Source: Chrysomallon squamiferum
Lineage: Eukaryota; Animalia; Mollusca
Assembly: GCA_012295275.1 (NCBI GenBank)
Contig: CM022678.1
Location: forward strand, 1,240,001-1,304,000
Length of the DNA stretch: 64,000 nucleotides
Direction: 5' to 3'
Of the stretch, positions 13,706-27,793 are shown piece by piece. A program made the position numbers and the translations under genes. Within the stretch, counting starts at the first letter, position 1. The number at the start of each line of letters is the position of its first letter. Below the pieces are notes generated by a model. That model saw only the letters and a list, made by a program, of their open reading frames with translations. It was not told where the DNA came from and searched no databases.

Positions 13706-14533
13706 ACATGAACTGCGCACAGTAAAACAAAAACAAACAAAAAAAATAAAAAAGTTTTGTATTTCTACATACAGGATGAATAACAGTTACAGGACTAATA
13801 TGCAGATCTCTCGTCGTTTTGACGATGTAGATATAAGGACAGTTCGTTCTGTAACCACGCTGGTTGTTTTTATTGGTTTTAATAAACGTTTTACATTCTG
13901 TAACATAATAATCCACACCTGACCTCTGACTATGGACACTGACAACTCACAAAAAAACTGGGTAGCTGTGTTTAACTCAGTCGGTGATCTTTCAGTACTG
14001 TCTGTCATGTGACACCACGTGCACAGGCGACAGTGTGTGATTTCTGTTCTAGCTGACGTCAGATCTTTAGCTTCAAATTTCAATAAAGAACTTTCAGAAC
14101 CCACAGTTTGTTGTTATCGTTGAGGTCACAGTTATTTGAGTACAGGTAGATCGTTACGACTTGTACAATGTTTTTGAAGCTGGTTTGCATGCAGGGTAAG
14201 AAAGAGAGAAGATAGGTATTCTGCAGCTACGACCATTTTAGCTTTAATTTATCCATGTAAAACACGACACTGCAAATATGCAGAAAATAAACTCTGATAA
14301 ATTTTATTTTAAAACCGTTCTTATTAACATTCAATTCATTACATTTTTCATCTTCTTCCTTCTCATGCTTTTCTCAAATTACAATAATCTATATATAACT
14401 GTAAGTCAACGGCAAATATCTCATTTAGAAAATGAAACAGTGCACCAAAACAAACAACAAAGTAAAAAAATTAATCAATAAACAGTTAACAATTAGCAGA
14501 ATATTTACACACAGTAAAAATGTAATAATGATG

Positions 14534-14589
<56 letters not shown>

Positions 14590-14984
14590 TCTAAACTTTG
14601 AAATCTGACCTACTGTTTGTCAAACAAAACTAGGCAGTATCAGTAGTATTATCTTCAATACCCGTGTAACGACATTTTCAAAGTATCGAACAATGAGAGT
14701 ACCTGCAAAGGTTTCAAATTCTCCTTGTTAACAAGTCAACCGTGAACACGATTAACATGCGATCTAAGTAACTGTAGAGCTATAAATACAGTAAAGAAAC
14801 AAACAAAACACAACACGATAACAGCAACGACAATGTAATAATAATAATAATAAATAAATAAATAGAAATAAAGTAAATAAATAAGTAAATAATAAATAAA
14901 GAAAGAAATGTGAAATGTAGAGTTGGATGAAAGGTTATAAAATAAAACTGTAAGTTAGTGTATTTTACGAATGCAGACTAAACG

Positions 14985-15150
14985 CAGAGTAACACACTAC
15001 GTGCAAACCTGTGACGTGTCGTTTGACAAAAATATCACCTGACGTGTCTAAGCAGGCTATTCACAGAGCGAGCAGACAGCACAGAATTTGTGTCAGTTTG
15101 TTAGTTGAAAAGATTCGGGTTTTACTTCGATTTGTATTAGAGGTAGGCAA
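14985..15150 (+). promoter_or_regulatory. CRE/ACGT-rich ~200-bp module ending in a splice-donor-like site; copies at 26520-26690, 27845-27990, 33075-33255 (+) and 11205-11390 (-)
   Basis: actacgtgcaaacctgtgacgtgtc...caaaaatatcacctgacgtgtctaagc...acagagcgagcagac...ttttacttc...AG|GTARG. Candidate duplicated promoter plus non-coding first exon. Confidence 0.5.
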
Positions 15151-15843
15151 ACTTAAACTATACTGTTTTTACTACTGACTGTTGATTGTTTATGTAAAAC
15201 ATTTAAATTTAAACTGTTCTGTTGTAATCCTGAACTGAGACATATGTAACTCGGCTTTCGTTTCAGTTTTCATTTAAAAATAACTGTGAACTAATAAAAT
15301 TACAACATTCCTATTATTATTATTTATTTATTTTCTTTTAAATTAATTTATTTATCAAACAATAAATAGACAAACAAAATGGGGAATATCGTTCGGTATA
15401 TTTAATTTTGCGCTGTATTAACTGGTCGAAGGTTTAGAAACAGATAAAGGTGTCACAGGTAATGGTTTAATTATATCGAAAGAGGAATATAAAATATCTA
15501 CGGAATAACTGGTTGTTTAACAGTACAAAACTGAAATCACTTGGTTTTGTCAAGTATTGATGCTAATGTAAATCAGTCTATTTAAGAAGTTTCAAAAAGT
15601 GTGGACACTGATTAAAAATATTTTCAAAAGAGAACTTTCAGTCAGCTTTATTAAGAGAGGTTAATTCTAAAAGTATTGATTTGGTATAATTATAATTTAA
15701 TACTGAACTGTAACGTAAAAGGGTTAAGGATATCCTTTTCCAAATATTAATATAATCAATAGTAAATAAATAAATAAAAATATAACATTTTTGGTTAAAC
15801 AAAGAAAAAATAGTGTTATGATAATTTTTTTATAATTTTTTTT

Positions 15844-15912
<69 letters not shown>

Positions 15913-17569
15913 GTATGTATTTTTAATGCATGAATTTGACTTTTTGTTTGTTGCAAGGCTACTTCAATGTTAAATAGTAATTATTGTTTTTACGTTGTAA
16001 AGTTTTCAGTCTGCATTTTGAACATCAGCCACACGTGTTTCATCAAATTTAAAATAAATAAATACAACAACAACTGTAATACTCTGTAAAAGCAAATAGT
16101 GATTTTGTGTTGAGAATATGTATCTATTATTATTATCATCATCATCATCATCATCATAGAGATTAGTATTAATTAACAATGAAATAGGATCTTTTTTATA
16201 TGGGAGTCACTTTTGTGTAACGGGTTGTCGTGTGTGTGTGTGTGTGTGTTCTTTTATAACTGTTCAGTATGGTACATCTTCTTAAAATTATTTTTTTACT
16301 AAGCTTCTGAACGATTCGTGTTAGTTTAATGTTAAATTTCTTGTTTTCATTAAATGAAACTTTTTATTTAATTACATTATTGCGGTGAATTGAAAAATTA
16401 AAACAGAGATAAATATTATGATATCAGCTGAGTTGATAAATGTTTGAGAATGAAAAGTTTATTATTAAAATACAGTTTTGTCTGTCGTTATATTTTAAAA
16501 TAAACAAGCTCACTGGTCAAGGTCACTGTTACTTTAAGGTAAGATCATTTTCACGAAATCTAGATACGTTCCACTTTAAAATAATTAACACGAGTTGTCG
16601 TCGTTGTTGTTCTTCTTCTTGTTCTTGTTATTATTGTTGTTGTTTTACTGTATGCAGGACATGTATAGATACTTAGATCGCACGTTACTCGTGTTCACGG
16701 TAGAGTTGTTAACAAGGAGAATTGGAAACCTGTGTAGTTACACTCATTGTTAAAGAATAGAAAAATGTTACATGGGTATTGAATATAATATCGCAAACAC
16801 TGTCTGTCAAACTGTAGGTCGGATTTCAAAGTTTAATGTCAAACTACACTTCATAATTATTGTTGTTGTTCTTGTTGTTATTGATATTACTACTACTACT
16901 ACTACTACTATTATTATAATTACTATTACTATTTGTATACATAATAACAACAACAACAACAACAACGATAATAATAATAATAAAAAGAAGAAGAAAGAAA
17001 AAAGTGTCTAAGTATAAACAATGTTAATGAACGGACATTTTGTAAAATTAATAATGTACACTTTGTTGAGTTATCTTATAAAATAGTCGATGGAGGAATG
17101 AAATGTGTACGGAATAACTGATTGTTTAAAAATACCAAACTGAAATTAAATGGTTTCGTCCAATATTGATGGCGATGTAATTCAGTCTATTTTGGACGTT
17201 GGAAAAAAAAAAAAAATGTAGGAAAGTTATGATAAGCTATTACTTAAAACTATTTTCAAGGTTTTGTCATCGTTAGTAAAGCATCAGGTTAATTTCTATA
17301 CTGGGACAATAATAGTCTAATATAGAGTTGTAATTTAAAGTTTATTATTAATATTCAGTTTTTTCTGTCGTTATATTTTAAAATAAAGTCACTGTTATTT
17401 ATTTTTGTCACGTAGACACTAACTAGGAAAGAACAGACTTTATTGTTAAACAAGTGTGTATTATTTTTATTATTAATTAGCAACACTTTAATTAGCAACA
17501 CATACACAAAGATATAAACAATTTTGTTAGATATAGATATGTGTGTGTGTGTTTGTGTGTGTGTGGTTA

Positions 17570-18280
17570 TACATACACACAGATATTATTAAGGTTATGC
17601 TCTTAACGATGATATAATAGTATATATAAAATAACTGACATTCAGTGTCTAGCTTTAATAATTATCTTATTTACTGAAACTAAATAATAAAATAAAATAA
17701 GATTAGAACAACAAAAACAGTTTGAAAAAAATTAAGTGTGTTTTTTTTTGTTTTCTAGAATATTCATGAGGAACGATTACCCATATTTTCAGATTTACTG
17801 GTTTTTCTATATTTAGAAACGTTTTTACACAACTGAAGTAATATCATCTGTCAAAGAAGTTTTTGATTTTAAAACAGTCGATTTTGAGGCGAAGGGAGAC
17901 ATTACAATTCATTATTATTGTTTTTTATGTTTGTGATTTTTTGTTCCACTTTATTATAATTTAAAAGACATAAACACGTGTTGGCAGAAAGTTTATTTGG
18001 TAGTAGATCTGTATTTATTTATTTATAATAATTTTTGCAGGTTTGTTTTTAATAATAACAAAGATACTCTGAAAAAAATATGTATAAAAAGACATTTTAT
18101 TTTTAGAATAAAAAAAAAAATTTCTTAATCGAATTTGATTTTCTGTTTCTAGTGTCAGTTTAAATGGAATCGAAATATAAATATTATAATTCAGAAATGT
18201 AAATCAATTAGACATTTTATTTCGTGGAATATTTGTGATTCTTCGAAGCGATATTACATAAAATAAAATGTTCTGCGACT
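17570..18280 (+). repeat. Direct segmental duplicate of about 25250-25970
   Basis: Shared aaaataactgacattcagtg...tcttatttactg, tataaaaagacatt and ttagacattttatttc...gatattacataaaataaaatgttct. Confidence 0.85.
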
Positions 18281-18439
18281 TGTATATTTAATGTTGAAAA
18301 AATCATCTTTTAATTATATAAAGAAATTATTTGTAAAAAAATAACATTATGTAAAGGTATTAATGGTTGAACACTTCAGTATTTACAGATCTTTATAAAG
18401 CTGCCAACAACGGCGGAGACGAAATTGGGACTCATACCT

Positions 18440-19900
18440 GGCCAAGACAGAATTTTTAAAGTGTTGTTTTAGAGGTGGGCAATGACAGTGAGTGAATAAA
18501 TTTTGTGGACATCACTTCTGTATGCATTCCTTTTGTCTGCCATATTTGTGCTTCTGACGTTCTCCTTCTTGTCATATTTACTGTGAATGACTCAGCTGTT
18601 GAAAAGAGTGGAGTTAAATATTCATATCTGATGCACGAACATTCTACAGTTTGGAAAAAACAAACATGGGTGCAAATTGGTAAGTTTTCATTGATAATTT
18701 TTGGTATTAATATTGAGAAAACTGAGTATAAAACTTACTAAAACTATTCTGTATATTTTTCTTATTTATATAATACAATTTAGTGGTGGTGTTGAGAAAA
18801 CTAAAAATATGCTTACTAAAACTATTCTGATATCATCTATACATTTGTATTGTTTATATTATACTTTAGTGTTAGTATTGAGAAAATCAAGAATATGTCT
18901 TACTGAAACTATTCTGTATATTTTCCTTATTTATATATTACCACTTAGTGGTTGTGTTGAGAAAACTAAAAATATGCTTACTGAAACTATTCTGATGTTA
19001 TCTATCATTAGCATTGTTTATATTACAATTTAGTGTTAGTATTGTCAAAACTAAGAATATATCTTTCTGAAACTATTCTATACATTTTCATTGTTTATTT
19101 AACTTAATTTAGTATTAGTGTTAATAAATATGTAAATATAAATTGTTGAAACAATTTTTACATTGTTTGTTCTACTTAATTTAGTAACATTATTCTTATG
19201 ATATGTACATTTACATTGTTTATATAGAATAGGTTGATATTCAGGCTGACTAAGAATATAACTTATTAAAACTGTTTTGATAATTACTAGGTTTATGTAA
19301 TTTAATAGTGCAGTTCAGAAAACATACTGTATATGCTTTGTGATAATGATTTCATTTTTGCAGGTCAACCATTAGAGATTTAACCAGAGTTGTTTTAGAA
19401 TTTTTTTTTAACAAGAGAGATGATTCTTCGTCAGGGAGTATGACAAATTTGTTTATATCTTTATCAATACCCTATACATCAGTATAATGTTAACTATTTT
19501 ACTATTTCTAAACTAACACTTTTTTATTTTCATTGATAATAAATATACAATTTAAAGAGGTTTAGGTACTGTCTGACAGCTGAAAACAGCAAAAATAAAA
19601 AATAATAAATACAAATAAATAAATAACTAAATAAAAAATACTTACTAATTATTGTTTCCTCATTTTATTCTTATATTGGCTATTTTTTGTTTTAATGTTG
19701 TAAAATAATGTTGAGGTCATCAGTCAATGTATCTATGTGTAATTAGTTAACAGTATTAAACACATTTGTTAAAACATACATTGCTCTATTCAGTAATACT
19801 GTTCAGATAGACTATGAATTTGTTCTGTGTTTGAAACACTGCTATTACATCCAATAATTATATCTTATTCTCAGTATTTTGTAGGTAAAAACATTTTTAG
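18440..19900 (+). repeat. Paralog of 36420-37700 (intron preceding the microexon array)
   Basis: ggacatcactt...ttccttttgtctgcc...ctgtgaatgactcagctgttgaa...gagttaaatattcatatctgatgcacgaacat is shared. ORFs 18505 and 36474 are homologous. Confidence 0.88.
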
Positions 19901-19951
19901 AAATTATGCATTTGTGAATGATAAAAAAGTATTTGCTCTGTTTCACTTCAG

Positions 19952-22666
19952 GACAACTGACAGCTAACGTATCTCATTCTGGTTCTACTGAAATAAGCGG
20001 TAACACTATAAACCGTAAGTTAAAAACTGAAAGTTTTCTCCTCTCTACATGTTTAATAGATAACACAGTACTTAGTAGACATTAGTACTTTTGTCAAACA
20101 TTGTGAACAACATAGAAACGTGCACATCAAATATAGACACAATATATACAAAAAGAAAATTAGTATTTCAACCACTGCTATATATCCGACAGTGATATCT
20201 AATTCTCAGAATTTTTCAGCTAAAACATTTTTAGAAATTATGCATTGAAGTTGTGAGTTATAAATAGGTATTTACTTTGTTTCGCTGTAGGACTGTATAT
20301 TAATAAATGTACCTCTGGGTTTTATGATCTATGGTGAACTAGGATGGTATCCCATTTGTACTTCTATAAAAGTAAGAATGACAACCTTTTGGAGGAACCT
20401 AATTTGTCAAAAAAACCAAAAAAAAAAAAATATTTCCTCACAACTATATTATTTAATGCATGTTATCGATTCTCCTTGGAACAGATTTGGAAAATATATT
20501 TTAGATGATTGTGGTTTAACATATATTTGGATATATCTCAACTTTGATAATGTTAAATGGATACGAGAAACGATATCCAAAATATTACATGATCAATTTC
20601 AACAGTTTTGGAAAAAATCTAAATGAAACGTCTCCAAAGGATATTAATTATAAACATTTAAAAGATGAATTGAAATAATAAACTGTCTTACTTTGCTGTC
20701 TCAAAAGAATGCCAATGTGTTATGTAAATTTAGAACCTCGAAGGCTAAACTTCCTATTGAAACTGGACAATGGTCTGATATTCTAAGAGAAAACAGAAAA
20801 TGTCATATCTGTAATCTTAACAAAATTAGAGATGAATATCACTATATATTTGAATGTAATGATCCTGTATTATTAAATGAGAGAAAAAGTATACCAGACA
20901 AATATATGAGACATCCAAATATAATTTCATATAATAATTTGCTTAACAGTAAAAAGCTATAGTTGTTAATAAGAACTATATGTGAGAAATTATGTCCTTC
21001 ACGTTAAACTTCCACGCTTCTGCATTTTAATTTTGTTTCTATATATCTGTAATACATTCTTCTCTGTACTGCAACCCTACAATTTATGAGAATAAAGTCA
21101 TTGTAATTGTCATTGCCAGCAAACACAATTCATTCTGGTTCTACTGAAGTAGGAAATAGGCATGAATCCAGTATGTTATAAACTGAAAGTTTTCTTTTCT
21201 CTACATGTTTAATAGATAACAGACTACTTAGTAGTCATTAGTATGTGTCTCTCAGACACTGTGACGTGAACAATGTAGAAACGCACAGGTAAATACACAG
21301 ACCAATACGTATAAACATACATATCTGTAACTAGTCTTAGCACATACACAGAATACATACACACAACACATACACACATATATGCACACACATGCATATG
21401 CATACATGCATTACACAGACACACAAATTTAGACACAGTGTATGTATATTAAACTGTATGCTGCTATATTTCTACATATACACTAAAAATGTGTTTCAAA
21501 CACTGGAACTACATTTAATAATTATATCTAATTCTCAGAATTTTGTATGTAAAAACATTTTTAGAAATTATGCATTGAAATTGTGAATTATAAAAATGTA
21601 TTTAATCTGTTTCACTACAGGACCAGTGACAGCAAACATATCTCATTCCGGATCTGCTCAAATAGGAAATAACTATGTATCCGGTAAGTTAAAAACTGAA
21701 AATGATCTCTTCTCTACATGTTTCATAGATAAACATAATACATAGTAGACATTAGTACTTTTCTGTCTCACACTGTGACTTGAACAACATAGAAGCATGA
21801 ATACAAATACATAGACACAATACACATAAATATACATACCTGTACCTAGATGTAGCACATACACAGAACACATACATATACATGCAGATTCATTACACAG
21901 AGACAAACAAGTATATTCAGACAGAGACACAGTGTATGCATGTTAAATGTATATTGTCATATCTCTACACATAGATTACAAAGAGGATTTTGTTTCAAAA
22001 CTGCTGCTTCATTCAGTAATTATTTCTAATTCTCAGTATTTTGTAGGTAAAAAGATTTTCAGAAATTATGCATTTAAATTGTGAATTATAAAAATGTATT
22101 TGCTCTGTTTCACTGCAGGACAAGAGTCAGGAAACATATCTCATTCCGGATCTGCTCAAATAGGAAATAACTATGTAGCCGGTAAGTTAAAAACTGAAAA
22201 TGTTCTCTTCTCTACATGTTTAATAGATAACATAATACATAGTAGTCATTAGTACATTTCTGTCTCACACTGTGACCTGAACAACATAGAAACCTGCACA
22301 TAAATACATAGACACAATACATATAAACATAAATACCTGTACCTAGATGTAGCACATACACATGCAGAAATGCATTACACAGACATACACACAAATATAT
22401 TCAGAGACACTATGTATGTTAAGCTGTATACTGACATATCTCCACACATACACATATATAGAGATAGATAGATTTTTTTTGAAACACTGCTATACATCCA
22501 GTAATTATTTTTAATTCTCAGTATTTTGTACGTAAAAGCATTTTTAGAAATTATGCATTGAAATTGTGAATTATAAAAAAGTATTTACTCTTTTTCACAG
22601 GAGGACAACAGCCAGGAAACATATATCATTCTGGTTCTACTAAAATAAGCGGAAACACTATAAACC
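19952..22666 (+). CDS. Microexon array I: five 63-nt phase 1-1 RHIM-like exons of a truncated paralog (one disrupted by a LINE)
   Basis: Exons 19952-20014 (GQLTANVSHSGSTEISGNTIN), 20291-[LINE]-21170, 21621-21683 (GPVTANISHSGSAQIGNNYVS), 22119-22181 (GQESGNISHSGSAQIGNNYVA) and 22604-22666 (GQQPGNIYHSGSTKISGNTIN). Each has a pyrimidine tract plus AG acceptor and a GTAAGT/GTATGT donor. Confidence 0.6.
20298..21114 (+). mobile_element. 5'-truncated LINE (RTE-X-like) 3' fragment, degenerate
   Basis: ORF pieces MIYGELGWYP...DDCGLTYIW...LHDQFQQFW and LCKFRTSKAKLPIETGQW...ENRKCHICNLNKIRDEYHYIFEC are typical LINE ORF2 C-terminus. Frameshifted. Ends in AATAAA plus a (cattgt)-like tail. Confidence 0.85.
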
Positions 22667-23199
22667 GTATGTTAAAAACTGAAAGTTTTCTCTTCTCTAC
22701 ATGTTTAATAGATAACACAATACATAGTAGGCATTAGTACTTTTCTGTCAGGCGCTGTGACCTGAACAGGCTGCACGTGTGATCCACTGTGGCTAAAGGA
22801 GACGAGTGCAGATTGTTATACATGAAAATATTTAGAATCCTCATCTAATATCTTTTCCAATACATCATGTACAGATCTTGAAATTGACTATGTTGTAACA
22901 GTTTCTAGTACTGATGTCACCATTTCATCACAAGAAACACATTTGTTAAAAATCACTTAGAAAGTTATAAGTAGCCTGCAACAGAATACCCAACCAATAA
23001 CTTGCTGAAACACTGAGCAGTTTTATATCATAGAATTGAAAAAACGTTGTTATGTTGATTACAGCAGGTCAGAAATATGAAAATGTTTGTGTCCAGATGC
23101 TAAAAGGCATGCTCGATGACAGATTAAAAACATCCTATAGACGAAATATATATAATTAGGAAACTGTTGAAATAATTTTAGATATATTATTATTATTAT

Positions 23200-23247
23200 T
23201 ATTATTAATGATTTATTTTTATTGTATTTATTGCCATTATTATTATT

Positions 23248-23280
<33 letters not shown>

Positions 23281-23603
23281 ATTACTGAATACTGATAAAA
23301 GACGAAAGGCTCTTTTAGTGATTTACTTGTAATTTACTCTTGTTTGTTTTTCAGTTGGAGACAAAAGAAATTAATAACAGACAAAAGTATGGTGTAATGT
23401 GCTAACCTTAGCTGGTTATGTAACTGTTACAGACAAAAGTATTGTAAATATGTCAGTTTATCTATATTATATCAATACACTAATATAAATAGTTTTAAAA
23501 ATATATGTTTTGTAATACTTGGCTATTATATACAATTAATATATTTGATACATTTACTTTATCTTCATGTACTGAATAAGAAAAAAGAATTATATCTTTA
23601 ATA

Positions 23604-23648
<45 letters not shown>

Positions 23649-24600
23649 TTTGTTCATTTAGACATTAGAATATTCTGAATGAATTTATATAGCTAATATA
23701 TGTACATATTTTTGATTACATTTATTATTTTTTCTATTATTTTACATGCTTGGTAGAATGTTTTTACTACCTTTATATTATGTATCAAGAATCTTTAGAT
23801 CAATTTTCAAATTACTGTTTATTAATTAACCGTGTCTTTAATTAATGGAAGAAAATGAACAAATCGGGTTTATCTGTTGCAGACAGATAAAGTGTCCCAG
23901 CAAGTTTTTCTCTACGAATGTCACAAGACGTTTCTGTTTGCAGGAGATCAGAACTACAAACTACTTGGTCTGGGTGCTGGGCCAAGTCACGTGATAGCAG
24001 TGTTGTCTTAACCTGTTGTTTTTTGTTGGAATTAGCGACGCGGGAAATTAATTAACGTTAAAGTACAAGTAATGATTAAGCCGTTTTAAATTGATTTTTT
24101 TAAAACTTTGTTGACTTCTTGACAATTGCAACATGGATTAATTGCTTAATTATTCCCTAAGCTGCTTGTGTAAGAACTGGGAGATGAGTCTATCATTGTG
24201 TACTAGGCAGAGGGCATCTGATAACCAGTTCATTCAGCCATGACCTCTTTTCTTATCAAGTCTGTGACAAATAGATGTGAACCCCTTGATTGTTAAAAGT
24301 CCATTATAATAACAATTATTATTACCGAGTGCTTTGTAATTCTAGTGACAGTCAACTTAATAAATATATTTTATGAGTCGTAATGACTTTTGTTTTCTTT
24401 ATTAGATGAGTACATTTCCTGTATTGTTCGAGAAAAAAAAACACTTCAATGGAATAATTTACTGCACCTGCTCTTGTGACATCCTCTGACATTCACTAGT
24501 GACACAGATGTGTCTGCTAACTCTGCTAATGGACTCTTTCTAAAAGTAAATTGTGGAAATGTTCTCACACAACACAGACACACTTTATTATCTTAATTTC
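23200..24600 (+). repeat. Inverted paralog of about 56390-59400 (3' flank of the minus-strand ankyrin gene)
   Basis: gtgtctgctaactctgctaatgga, attccctaagct...aactgggagatgagtctatcattgt, ttgtcttaacctgttgttttttgttgg and tttttactacctttat match the reverse complement of 56.4-59.4 kb. Confidence 0.85.
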
Positions 24601-27104
24601 ATCTTAGTCTAATCAATTATTTGGGCGTATTTTTATGTTTACAATACTGTTTTTACAGATCTTCCGATCTCTAGAAATAAAACAACAAACCAAAGAAAAC
24701 AGCAGACAAATAAGAGAATGTCGCCCGAAGAGTTGGCTGTTGACAGTACGTGTGTGTGTGTATGTGGTGTTTGTGTGCGTGTGTGTGCGTGTGTGTGTGT
24801 GTGTGTGTGTTCTAATTTGTATATAGAAATAAACGGGTGATCTAGAATGAAGTGGACTTAGATGTAGATAGACTAGATTAAAATATGTCTGTTTGTCGTG
24901 TGACTCCTACTGAGATTACAGGGGAAAATGTAAACAGGGCATAACAAAGATTAAAAAATAAAACTTGTACAATAAAGTAAAATAAAATTAAATAAATAAA
25001 ATGTGGAAAGAAATGATTTTTTTTTTTTGGAAAAACAATTGTGTTTCGGGTAATTGATGTATTTATACAATAACATAATTAAGAGTGGAAATGTATATTA
25101 AATTTAGTGTGAGTTGTGAAAAGAAATTAGAAAGTAAATAAACAATGTCTGCCCTGTCTTGCTGAATGTACACCATGTTGTAACATGAAAAACGTGTGTG
25201 TGTGTATGTATGTGTGTGTGTGTGTGTGTGTTTGTGTGTACGGTTATACACACAGACAGATATTATGAAGGTCATGCTCTTGTACTGACAGAACATAGTA
25301 AATATAAAATAACTGACATTCAGTGGCTAGCTTCAATAATGATCTTATTTACTGGAACTAAATAAATAAAACAAGATAAGAACAAGGACGAAATAGAAAG
25401 AAAAAAATGTATATGAGAACAGATTACTTAACACACACAACACAGTCAGTGCCAGGCTAAAAATAAGAAACAAAAAATACAGAGGAGAGAATAATTAGTA
25501 TGTATTATGGAAGATTCTCTTTTTTTTTCTCTCTGATTTTAAAGTCGTCTATTTTTAACAGAAGTAAGCTATTCCAATTTATTATTATTGTTTTTAAAGT
25601 GTTTGTGATATCTTCTTCTTTTTCAAATTATAACTTAAAAGAGATCAACGGGTGTTAACCGACAGTTTATTTTGTAACAAATTCGTGTTTATTTATTTAT
25701 TTATCATTATATTTGCAGTGTTGTTTTTGATAATAAGAAAGACACTCAGAAAAAAAATGTGTATAAAAAGACATTTGATTTTTAGAGTTATAAAATTCTC
25801 TGAAAATCAAGAATAACAACATTGAATCTGATTTTCTCTTTCACGAGTCAATTTGAAGAAAGTCGTAAATAAAAATATAACAATTCAGAAAGGTAAATCA
25901 CTTAGACATTTTATTTCCCGGAATATTTATAATTCTACGAAATGATATTACATAAAATAAAATGTTCTACATCCCAAGACGAATCCACTCTGTTGAAAGG
26001 TGCATTCGTCAAATGTTTCGAGACAGTGTTTCTGTCAAACTCTATTCTGTGTAATGTTAGGTCGCTCTAAACAAAGAAATAATAAGAAGTATAAAGAATT
26101 TTACTAGACAGTATCTTTTCTTACTGACACAGTTAAGTTCACTTTAAAATGGAAGAGACACAGTTGTATATACTGGTAAAACAAAAAGTAAATGTATTAT
26201 TATAGTCACTGTTAAACTTAAGTAAATTTAATCTGATATTGCACATAATTTACCAGAACAATAAATAAATAAATAAACAGAAGAAAAATAACAAGAAAAA
26301 GAATAGAAAAATATTGATGTGAAGGAGATACTAGGCCATGGATCGCCCAACTCGTGGACGCTCCTGGATTCGTTGTCAAGACAACAAGGTAAATACAGTG
26401 AACTGTCACTTTATGCTAATTTATGCTTACTAGAAGAAACTGATACATACCTCGACCCTGTATACTACTTTTTGAGTGTTACACTTAGAACTGATCGTGT
26501 TTACCTTGTCATCATGCAATCAGAGTAACACACTACGTGCAAACCTGTGACGTGTCGTTTTACAAAAATATCACATGACGTGTCTAAGCGGACGATTCAC
26601 AGAGCGAGCAGACGGCGTCAAGTTTGTGTCAGTTCGTTAGCTGACAAGATTCGAGTTTTACTTCAGTTTCGATTGTCAGGTAGGCAAAACTTATAGTACA
26701 CATTGCTGTTAGTAGTGATTGTTGGTGGTTTATTTCACAGTATCTGATTAATGATTTTTCTTAATTAAAACAATAAATAAATAAATGAAAATAAAAATAA
26801 TAATGATGATGATGGTGATGATGATAATTAGCCAGTTTTTGAAATAAATAAATGATTCAATGGAGAGTTTTTGAACTGTAAATGCTATTTTCTTTCAAAT
26901 AATTATAGTTTATTATAGTTATGTATGCATATCATGTCATATTTAGATACTTCTAAAATGATATCGTAGTCAGCTGTTCTGAAGATGTTAATAATAATAA
27001 CAACAACAACAACAACAATAATAATAACAGATAAAAGTAAATATTGTTACTCTGTTCAGAATGTGTAATAAAAGTTATTAAATTATTTATTTATGTATTA
27101 GTTG

Positions 27105-27149
<45 letters not shown>

Positions 27150-27758
27150 ACAATGATTAATTATAATATTCAGAAGCCATTATAATCATTTTTTATCAGT
27201 ATTTACATTTGTAAAATTGCTCTCAGACATAAGTTTACATTGTTTGTTTTTGATGTCCGCACTGCACATCTGCCTGCAAGGTCTGAATCTATTGTGCACT
27301 GTTTGTTTTTGTTGTAATGAAAGTGTGCGATTGCTTTTAATTCTTTTTTGCAGGGTCATGACCTTTCACGTACTCAAACATTGTAGCATGCCTCTCTACG
27401 TGTGGGAAAATACACGTGGTTTCTGTCCTCTCGCGTTTTCCCCATTTGCATTAAAAAGTCTAATCTCAAGTAGAAGAGCACAGATTTCACTTCAAAATGA
27501 TGTTTTCCTTTCACAAATCTGAATTTAAGACAACAAGTTTTCTTATTTTAATTATTTTTTTAATTATTTATTTATGACTATTAAGTGTGTGTGTGTGTGT
27601 GTGTGTGTGTAAATATGTATGTGTTTTATGTATCTTTTGATTGATGCATAAATTAGACGTCATCTCTGTCTACCAGTCTATTAAAAAATCCCAACAATAA
27701 ACAAATAAATATATAAATAAAGAAATAGATAATAATAGATAATAATAGATAATAATAG

Positions 27759-27793
<35 letters not shown>

